A stretch of 64,000 nucleotides of DNA from Planctomycetota bacterium (lineage in GTDB: Bacteria; Planctomycetota; UBA8108; JACQVS01): NCBI GenBank assembly GCA_028280485.1, contig JANQLS010000042.1, positions 6,772 to 70,771 on the forward strand, in the 5' to 3' direction. A program made the translations under genes and the position numbers. Under the pieces are notes generated by a model. That model was not told the DNA's origin. It was given only the letters and a program-made list of their open reading frames with translations, and ran no database searches. Shown piece by piece: positions 53,101-59,379 of this stretch. Numbering within the stretch: the first letter of the stretch is position 1; every line of letters starts with the position of its first letter.

Positions 53101-54483
53101 ATAACGGATAACACTTCCATCGGTCAAAGACGAAATAGTGAGATCGAAGGCCTCTGTGTAAAAGCCTCGATCGGGCATAAAGCTGGTGTCTTTAACGAAA
53201 CCTAAGCTTCGAATCCCGTTTTCGGAGCCGGGCGTCGAAGGCTGTAAGTAACCGATATCTCCATTCGCATCACGGCCGTAAGAGACACTATCTTTTTGTT
53301 GAGGATAAACAAGTTCTTGGGGGTGATCGACGGGATACTGATCGATGATCGTGGTTCCGTCGACGTCGATCAGTCCCAAGTACTCGCCTGATTTTTCGAG
53401 TTGGAAGTGGGTGTGAAGTTCGCCCGCTGGATCGCTGAGATCTTTTCCAGATGCGAAGATGACGAGAAAGCCCTCTGCAGGAATAGAAACATTGGGGATG
53501 ACCCACTGGCCTGTAAGGTCTGAATTGTCGGTGAGCCGATAGCCATCAATATTGAGGCTGAAAGGGTTGGGATTGTAGAGTTCGATCCAATCGTTGCGAT
53601 CTCCCTCGGCATCGTGAAGGGATCCTCCGGCAGCTTCAAATTCGCTGATTTGAGGATGAAAGGTAGGGGCATCTACTCCGACGGTAACGGTAGCTTCATT
53701 CGTTCCCGATTCATTGGTGGCCGTCAGAGTGTAAGTAGTTTGAACTTCTGGGCTGACGACGATCGAACCTTCGTCCTCATCGATAGAACCGATGCCCGGA
53801 GTGATTGTGATGGTGTCGAAGTTTCGAACTTTCCAACTGAGGGTCGCTTCAGTAGGTAGATTGGGATCACCGGATTTCGTGATGTTTCCCGTATCGGTTG
53901 TAAATCGATCGATGACGGGATGCGGAGCAGCGTAGGCTTCGAGTTCAGCCAATTGAGGATTGTAGGCCGCGTTGCTTCGATTGATGACTCGAATGAAGCG
54001 ACCTTTAAATGTTCCGTCAGGATCTAAGTTCGCTCGAAGAGTATCGCGACCACCATCGCCCGAATTAGAACCATCGGTTCGAATGTCTGCCGACCAGTTG
54101 ACGGCACCGGTCTGTCCGTTGTTATCTTCAAAAATGGAGACTCGGTAATTAGAAAGACGATCCGGGCAACAACCTGTTCTATTGATGAGAATAACTCGAT
54201 CGAGGGAGTACTCTTGACCTAAATCGACTTCGTAATAAAAGCCAATCGTTCCTGAAGAAGCCAGGGGATGGGATTGGTTGTTCAAGATCCCGTCGGTGAG
54301 ATGTTCAGGGATTTGCCCTCCCCAAGTCGCAGCTGATGCGAAGACTTCTTTGCCGAGAGCGAGGTTCACATCTTCTTGAGCCCAGCTAGGAGAATTAAGA
54401 CCCCATCCCAAGCAGAGGCTGGCAATTAAGATAAGAGAAGATGGACTAATTTTACGTAAGTGCGGCAATTGAATAAATCCCAA
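50143..54483 (-). CDS. Secreted 1446-aa CotH-kinase-family protein with discoidin-like, lamin-tail (x2), chitobiase-C-like and dockerin-like domains
   Basis: The CotH-like core has FRLYFRG..KFKFPLF..LRGGSHD..VHLYINGTYWGQYHLRERW..FYLNDADGF. The LTD blocks are ISEFEAAG..NDWIELYNPN..IDGYRLTD and ITEIMYHP..FEFLELENTG. The C-terminal EF-hand pairs are GDANQDGFIDLGD and LNGDQTVDISD. The TTG start is uncertain. Confidence 0.75.
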   Translation of the reverse strand: MGFIQLPHLRKISPSSLILIASLCLGWGLNSPSWAQEDVNLALGKEVFASAATWGGQIPEHLTDGILNNQSHPLASSGTIGFYYEVDLGQEYSLDRVILINRTGCCPDRLSNYRVSIFEDNNGQTGAVNWSADIRTDGSNSGDGGRDTLRANLDPDGTFKGRFIRVINRSNAAYNPQLAELEAYAAPHPVIDRFTTDTGNITKSGDPNLPTEATLSWKVRNFDTITITPGIGSIDEDEGSIVVSPEVQTTYTLTATNESGTNEATVTVGVDAPTFHPQISEFEAAGGSLHDAEGDRNDWIELYNPNPFSLNIDGYRLTDNSDLTGQWVIPNVSIPAEGFLVIFASGKDLSDPAGELHTHFQLEKSGEYLGLIDVDGTTIIDQYPVDHPQELVYPQQKDSVSYGRDANGDIGYLQPSTPGSENGIRSLGFVKDTSFMPDRGFYTEAFDLTISSLTDGSVIRYTLDETEPTLTSGFTYDGPIQISETTVVRARAYLDGYIPTNIDTQTYIFLDDVIDSPVMDTAITQNPQYSPQILDGLSDLPTISLVTETAVRNTTEVTGSIEWIDPNTGADHQDGAGIRYFGGAFTNFAKKNFRLYFRGIHGARKFKFPLFDGHENGVPAVDTFDQLELRGGSHDMVARGFYMSNRLTDDTMLDMGNLNPHGRFVHLYINGTYWGQYHLRERWNASMQAEYLGGKKDDYEAINGNWNVGGWADPGSVYDGDGSAWQNIKNLRANYVAVSPYLDVAHYVDYMLMWMFGNSEDEYRCAGPVAPGSGFKFYLNDADGFTRSAGNRTGRGAPGRQAGDGPGSIFSMLFAQGHSEYLTLLGDRIHRHFFNGGALTTESMRARLLLRCDQVERAFIAEAARWGYRTPASWASARDSYVNGVLASRSETVLNQYKAAGFYPSLEAPQFNQTGSELVHNSQIHMTTAEGTIYYTFDGSDPRLVGGGISDTAIALDSLSNQQTLIGSTNEVFVHVPNDGQLGLDWIEVNFTPNGWLRSPAGSGVGYDEQTTYDDHIDLDIESEMNNVHPSVYLRYEFDLDDPGSVVELQLRFRFDDGYVAYLNGEEIAAENEPDALSWSSSARNSHSDGQAVNLVLATFTHPNPRTLLRTGKNVLAIHGLNTSSGSSDFLMEPRLTALLAGEEGDGFFITRSTPLKARARSGGDWSALNEVTYTVNSGDLQITEIMYHPLAPAAGSAFTKGDFEFLELENTGDHPLNLSQMKIEGGISFEFPKQDDDPDMDLNPGEVVLVVKDLEAFQDRYPDPDLYVAGEYQGSLSNGGEELILKNRRGVTICNFTYDDEWDPTTDGEGSSLVLIDLLTECSDRSDPDSWKSSLHLHGSPGISESDGTTEGGFQKPGDANQDGFIDLGDSITLLLKVLGRDTSLPCSDGNLAEGGNLALLNLNGDQTVDISDVVYQLTFLYLDGAAPEQGVFCRRIPNCPDVCN

Positions 54484-54717
54484 CCTCGTAGATCAAGCTG
54501 TGACTCAGTTAGAGCTACTCGATCTCGGTTCTTTTCGGAGTGAAATTATAGGTTAATTCTGTTTATGATCTAAACCCTGATACAAGCTTTAATTATAAAT
54601 GAATCTTTAAAGAGAGCCGGATATAAAATTGAGAAATTGTCGTTTAATAGTGGAGTTGAAATTGAAATCGATCCCGGCACCCTAAATCTACATAAATAAC
54701 TGTTCTAAGGATACTTA

Positions 54718-54966
54718 ATGACCGTACAAGAACTGGTAGAATTGCTGCGAGAGAGAATCGCTGACGGATCCCTCAATCCTCATGCCATCGTCGTTCGTCC
54801 CTTCTGTTTTTGTGACGAAGAATCGGGATTCGTCGAGGCTCAACACCTCGATGAAGTGATTCGTGAATGGAAGTCAGCTCCGGAGGTTTCTCAAGGACAA
54901 CGAGTTTATCAATTTGGAAATAGTCAGCCGGGTGAACGGGCGGAGAAGACGGTGAAGTTGGGTTGA
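54718..54966 (+). CDS. Hypothetical small protein
   Basis: 82-aa ORF with an AAGGA RBS-like sequence upstream. No recognisable motif. Confidence 0.35.
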   Translation: MTVQELVELLRERIADGSLNPHAIVVRPFCFCDEESGFVEAQHLDEVIREWKSAPEVSQGQRVYQFGNSQPGERAEKTVKLG

Positions 54967-55030
54967 TGGTCGGATTTCGTTTATAAGGAGGAGTCGAACA
55001 CATTTTTTTCAGAGTTCAGCGGAGGCAAAA

Positions 55031-55495
55031 TTGAGTTTTAAAATTAAAAGTAACGAGGAGAACAGATTCGAGATCATCCTCGAGGGCGAACCATTTTTCA
55101 TTCAAAGTTTGCCGATGGCTCCTCAAGCCATTGAAGAAGATTTGTTGTCAGGTGCATGGCTGATTCTTATCTTTGCGGTTTGGAGTAAATACGATATAGA
55201 AGCGATTGAGATCGCCATCCGAGGTGTTAAAAAATACAAAGGTAAGTTGAATCTCGGTATTCGTCCTTTTCATGACGTTGAGGAAATGACGGGGTGGCTC
55301 CCGCTCACTCTCAATAAAGAAAGTGACCTAAATGAGAAAGTTACATTTACAGAGGGGGAGGATTTGCCGTTTCCGAAATATGCGGGAAGAACTCCTTATT
55401 GGTTGACAATGGAAGGGAGGAAGTTGAAGAGTCTTTTGCCGGGAGTGTTGTCGGAAGAAGATCTTGAGAACCATTTGAGTCGTTCATTTAAGTAA
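55031..55495 (+). CDS. Hypothetical protein
   Basis: 154-aa ORF. The TTG start is preceded by GGAGG at a 5-nt spacing. Confidence 0.45.
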   Translation: MSFKIKSNEENRFEIILEGEPFFIQSLPMAPQAIEEDLLSGAWLILIFAVWSKYDIEAIEIAIRGVKKYKGKLNLGIRPFHDVEEMTGWLPLTLNKESDLNEKVTFTEGEDLPFPKYAGRTPYWLTMEGRKLKSLLPGVLSEEDLENHLSRSFK

Positions 55496-55526
55496 ATAGA
55501 CGCTTCTATTGGAGCTTCAATTTTTT

Positions 55527-55800
55527 CTTAAATTTATTTCAGAGTAAAAATTAGCATAAGAATATAGGCAAAAAAATAGGGGCAAGAAAATGTTTGCTTG
55601 TCGAGCTTCTTCTTATCTTCTTGCCCCCCATTTTCTTGTCTGAAATAATGTCGAGGACACATTTTGAAGATTCAGAAATGTATGGGCGTCCATTTGTGCA
55701 TCTTTCCTGGTTAAAACTATAGTGGGCGTGTTGCTCGAATTCCTAAGCTATTCGGGGAGAATAGTTAGGCTTTAATGTTCATGAACGGCAATAAAGAGGT
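55527..55800 (+). repeat. Dispersed copy of the 353-bp unit family (tail block, hairpin, ~160 bp of downstream homology)
   Basis: CTTAAATTTATTTCAGAG...AAGAATATAGGCAAAAAAATAGGGGCAAGAAAATG...TTCTTGCCCCCCATTTTCTTGTC...TTTTGAAGATTCAGAAATG. Confidence 0.8.
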
Positions 55801-55811
55801 TTATTAGAAGA

Positions 55812-56087
55812 ATGGGTAGAGTTCGGTGTTCTGAGCATGGTCTTTCTGAGCTTATATTTGTTTGCGAGCATATTCGAAATGCGATTCCAGCGGATGATTC
55901 ATCCATTTGTGTCGAAGTGATCGAAGGGGTAGGTGATGAGTTAGATTTGTGGCATTATTTCTGTCAATCTTGTGCCGATGAATTTGGATATAAAGATGGT
56001 TTACGGGTAGATCGGCTACCCGATGAATACATGCATTCAAATAAGGGAGCCTGTCGGGAATGTTTCAATTCTTGGAGAAACAAATGA
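55812..56087 (+). CDS. Hypothetical Cys-rich small protein (possible zinc ribbon)
   Basis: 91-aa ORF with CSEH..VCEH and CQSC..CREC pairs. Confidence 0.4.
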   Translation: MGRVRCSEHGLSELIFVCEHIRNAIPADDSSICVEVIEGVGDELDLWHYFCQSCADEFGYKDGLRVDRLPDEYMHSNKGACRECFNSWRNK

Positions 56088-56197
56088 AACGGCTCTTCCT
56101 GGTGCAATTTGAAAACCTCAAAGATGCGCTCCCTTCTCTCAGAAGGTTAAGTCTCTAATTCTCAATTAGAAGGATCCTCAAGCTTTAATTGATGTGT
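56084..56197 (+). pseudogene. Truncated, stop-interrupted 5' remnant of an LRR-protein gene paralogous to 56752-57372
   Basis: ATGA overlap with the preceding ORF. AACCTCAAAGATGCGCTC.CTTCTC matches nt 56767-56792 apart from one position, and homology continues to ...TTAATTGATG. In-frame TAA codons lie at 56156 and further on, and homology ends where the repeat unit begins. Confidence 0.6.
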
Positions 56198-56750
56198 AAA
56201 CTCCTGTGCTGGGGTTTAAATTTATTTCAGAGCAAAATGAGCATAAGAATATAGGCAAGAAAATAGGGGCAAGAAAATGTTTGCTTGTCGAGCGTCTTCT
56301 TATCTTCTTGCCCCCATTTTCTTGCTTGAGATTATTTCGAGGAAAGATTTTGAAGATTAAGGATATTACATATGCATACATTTTCGATTGTTTTTCGTTT
56401 TATAAATAGATGAAGAGAGAGAGTTGTTCGAATTCCGAAATTTCTCGGGAAGGTTGGAGCTAAAGAAGACTGAGCATGGGATTGCCATACTTAAGCCAAT
56501 TTAAATGGGGCTTTGAAATTGAATAGCTGGAGGATGTGGATTGCCGATTTATAGCGTTACTCAGTTCAGTCGTTTAAATTTATTTCACAGCAAACTGAAC
56601 TCAAGAAATTGCGCAAGAAAATAGGGGCAAGAAAATGTTTGCTTGTCGAGCTTCTTCTTATCTTCTTGCCCCCATTTTCTTGTCTGAAATAATGGGGCGG
56701 GAAGAATTTGAAGATTCAGGATATTATTAGACAAACATTTTCTACTTTTC
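56198..56750 (+). repeat. One full and one partial copy of the 353-bp unit family (hairpins at 56254-56325 and 56611-56684)
   Basis: Same hairpin, the same TTTGAAGATT.AGGATATTA block, and the same ACTGAGCATGGGATTGCCATACTTAAGCCAATTTAAATG block as the 48.9-50.0 kb array. It ends at the ATG of the LRR gene. Confidence 0.85.
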
Positions 56751-56751
56751 C

Positions 56752-57372
56752 ATGAAACAATTTAACAACCTCAAAGATGCGCTCTCTTCTCCCCTAAAGG
56801 TAAGGTCCTTAAATCTCTATCAAGAAGATCTTCATGCATTAATTGATGCTTTACCTCAGTTTGAACGATTAAGAGAGCTAACACTCAATGGGATTGATCT
56901 TCCGTCTTTACCTTCGGAGATTCTGGAGCTTAAGAATTTAAAGAAACTCTACATACTCAATTCTCCACTTGAAGAGCTTCCCTCTGATTTTAAAAACTTG
57001 AGTTCATTGGAAGCTCTCGCCGTCCGACAAGGTGATTTAAGAGAAATTCCTGATTTGATTGGTCAGCTGAAGAATTTGAGGAAGTTGAATTTATGGAGTA
57101 ATAAGATTAAGCGAATCCCTGCTTGTCTTTCTTCTTTGCCAAAGCTAAAGGAGTTAGTTTTGGGACTCAATCAACTCCCATATCTCCCGGCGGATAGGGG
57201 ATGGGAGCAACTTGAATTTCTTGATATTCGGCTTAATGAACTCCGACAAATTCCAGATGCATTTATGGTCATTCCTCATTTGAGAGGACTTTATTTAAAT
57301 GGGAATCAAATTTCTGAGGCTCAGCAAAAAGAAATCGAAATGAGTTATCGAAAATCTTACGTTGTTCTTTGA
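56752..57372 (+). CDS. Leucine-rich repeat protein
   Basis: About 7 consecutive LxxLxxLxLxxNxLxxLP repeats (for example LKNLKKLYILNSPLEELPSDF and LKNLRKLNLWSNKIKRIPACL). Confidence 0.7.
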   Translation: MKQFNNLKDALSSPLKVRSLNLYQEDLHALIDALPQFERLRELTLNGIDLPSLPSEILELKNLKKLYILNSPLEELPSDFKNLSSLEALAVRQGDLREIPDLIGQLKNLRKLNLWSNKIKRIPACLSSLPKLKELVLGLNQLPYLPADRGWEQLEFLDIRLNELRQIPDAFMVIPHLRGLYLNGNQISEAQQKEIEMSYRKSYVVL

Positions 57373-57405
57373 ATTAAGTTCAAAGAGTGAGTTGGTGGCC
57401 TCGAA

Positions 57406-58038
57406 TTAAGATTTAAGGAATTCATCTAATCGAAGGGTGGAGGTGTAGCCATCCTTCCCTCGCCGAATTAAGCCTAAGCTGTGGAGGGTGAATTGGGCTC
57501 TTTCGAATTCTAATTTGTCGGTATCACTGAAGGCTTCGTAGGCGGGGAGTACTTTCATATGCTGGTAGTAGTCGAGGATCTTGGAGATGAGGTTTTCGAT
57601 TTCTGGGCTTAATGTTGAGAGTTGGCGATTTTGAATGTACCTTTTTTCGTTGAGGAATAAAGCGGGCAAGAGGATTAAGGACAATAGAATCATCGCAAAT
57701 CCAGCCCCTTTGGCCGTTTTATAGCTAAATGGCCGATGGCTTCGATAATAGGGGATCCCGTAATCGCGAATCGGAGTAGCGAAGGTGGGTGATTCTTTGC
57801 TGAACTTACGACTGATGAGTAGAAGTAAGCCGAAAGTCAGAATTGTTATTATGAACGAAATAAAATGTGAGCTAAGTCCCAAGACGTCCATAAGGCGTGG
57901 AGTGACGAATTGAAGGGTGAAGCCGAAAACCCAAGCGTAACAACAAAGTGAAAGCATCGTTCCGTAGAAGAGGAACTTCTTTCGGTCTTCGTTGGTTTGG
58001 TGAATGAGTTGTTGGAGTTTTCGGGTGACGGGTGACAA
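57406..58038 (-). CDS. Hypothetical membrane protein (3 TM segments)
   Basis: 210-aa ORF, convergent with the LRR gene. The TTG start is uncertain. Confidence 0.4.
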   Translation of the reverse strand: MSPVTRKLQQLIHQTNEDRKKFLFYGTMLSLCCYAWVFGFTLQFVTPRLMDVLGLSSHFISFIITILTFGLLLLISRKFSKESPTFATPIRDYGIPYYRSHRPFSYKTAKGAGFAMILLSLILLPALFLNEKRYIQNRQLSTLSPEIENLISKILDYYQHMKVLPAYEAFSDTDKLEFERAQFTLHSLGLIRRGKDGYTSTLRLDEFLKS

Positions 58039-58212
58039 GGGGAGGATTGAGATCGATTGAGAGGATTGAAACGATTTCTAAAGTTAATAGTTAAAGTATC
58101 AGGCGGTTGAATGCAATTCTATGGGAAACCGTTAGTTGGATGTTATCAATTTTGCATATTGAAGGGTAAGTGCTGAATTAAATGAAGGATAGTCGGGAGT
58201 TAGGATTTAGTG

Positions 58213-58310
58213 TCGCCCTTACAGGGCTCGGTCGTATCTCATTATTCAACCCAGGGCGACGCTTCGCTCTGTCCTGGGCTATGAAGTGGCGGGCTTTCAG
58301 CCCTTGGCGG
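58213..58310 (+). repeat. Roughly 100-nt three-hairpin repeat element, copy 2
   Basis: Aligns with 59041-59138 and with the reverse complement of 2925-3022. Confidence 0.8.
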
Positions 58311-58370
58311 ATTGGAATAGCAGGTATCGATTTGAATATTTGAGCGATGGATCGCAGTATGATGTAAGAA

Positions 58371-58431
58371 CCCTCGTTAACACTTCGGGCTTGAAATGAG
58401 GCTTATTTCAAGCCCGAAGTGTTAACGAGGG
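58371..58431. repeat. AGCCCGAAGCG family palindrome, tail-to-tail arrangement with a short loop
   Basis: CCCTCGTTAACACTTCGGGCTTGAAAT-GAGGC-TTATTTCAAGCCCGAAGTGTTAACGAGGG. Confidence 0.8.
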
Positions 58432-58562
58432 TCGGCAGCCAGGTACATAAATAAATACGATTGAGTTTAGAAGAGAGATTTTGCGATAAATAGGCTTTCA
58501 CAGAGAATGGTATTTTTAAATGAGTTTTAGAATTAGAACGAATAAAAGCAGTAATTATTGAA

Positions 58563-59030
58563 ATGGATAGGAAGCCGATATTAAAAACCAACGGTGGTAG
58601 GAAATTTGAAGCTGTTGATTCTGAGGGGATTTATCTTTTAGAAGGGGAAACCTCTAAAACTATTTGGAATGCTCGGGTGGATGGGCATCCGAAGGTAAAG
58701 CATCGTATGGCGATTCCGGAAGAACATTGGCTGAGCGCCTCTCCCTCAGAAACCCTTTTCGGATGCATTCGCGATGATTTAGAGGAGTTCGGTCCCGCAT
58801 ATGTTAGGTCTGTTTTCGATGATCATGTTCCGTGGTCTCCGGATCTGATATTGGGGTATTTCATTGCAAGAAATAGCATCATTGAAGTTCCTTGGAAAAA
58901 GTTTCAACAAACCTGGGATGAATTTCTATGGTACGAAGATGAGTTCCCAATTTTGATGCCATTAAAGGAACCTACTGATATTGCATTGATGTTCGGACCC
59001 CACGACCAAGTGTGGAAGATTCAGAGGTAG
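58563..59030 (+). CDS. Hypothetical protein
   Basis: 155-aa ORF with no obvious RBS, flanked on both sides by direct copies of the three-hairpin element. Confidence 0.4.
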   Translation: MDRKPILKTNGGRKFEAVDSEGIYLLEGETSKTIWNARVDGHPKVKHRMAIPEEHWLSASPSETLFGCIRDDLEEFGPAYVRSVFDDHVPWSPDLILGYFIARNSIIEVPWKKFQQTWDEFLWYEDEFPILMPLKEPTDIALMFGPHDQVWKIQR

Positions 59031-59040
59031 GGTTTTATTG

Positions 59041-59138
59041 CCGCCCTTACAGGGCTCATTCGCATCTCATATTTAAACCCAGGGCGACGCTTCGCTCTGC
59101 CCTGGGCTAGGTTATGGCGGGCTTTCAGCCCTTGGTGG
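59041..59138 (+). repeat. Roughly 100-nt three-hairpin repeat element, copy 3
   Basis: Aligns with 58213-58310. Confidence 0.8.
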
Positions 59139-59170
59139 TGGGGAATTTTAAAATGGATTCGTAATTTTTT

Positions 59171-59198
59171 CCCCTCGCTAGCGCTTCGGGCTAGTTAA
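59171..59198. repeat. Single arm of the AGCCCGAAGCG/CGAGGG family
   Basis: CCCCTCGCTAGCGCTTCGGGCTAGTTAA. Confidence 0.75.
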
Positions 59199-59292
59199 TG
59201 TTTCGATCTTCAAACGGGCTGGATAAGAAGAGGGAATTTAGAAGAATGAAACCCGAAGCATCAATAATGTTTGGATACGAGCTCGTATTAAC

Positions 59293-59350
59293 TCTCGCTA
59301 GCGCTTCGGGCTTGAAATTTTGTTAACTAGCCCGAAGCGCTAGCGAGGGG
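59293..59350. repeat. AGCCCGAAGCG family palindrome, tail-to-tail with a short loop
   Basis: CTCTCGCTAGCGCTTCGGGCTTGAAATTTTGTTAACTAGCCCGAAGCGCTAGCGAGGGG. Confidence 0.8.
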
Positions 59351-59379
59351 TGGGAAGAGTGATGATTTAAATAGGTTGA

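Noticed and set aside
54484-59379. Possibility that the orphan-gene island is an integron cassette array
   Set aside because: There is no integrase or attI in the window. The repeats lack the RYYYAAC/GTTRRRY attC core sites, and gene orientations are mixed.
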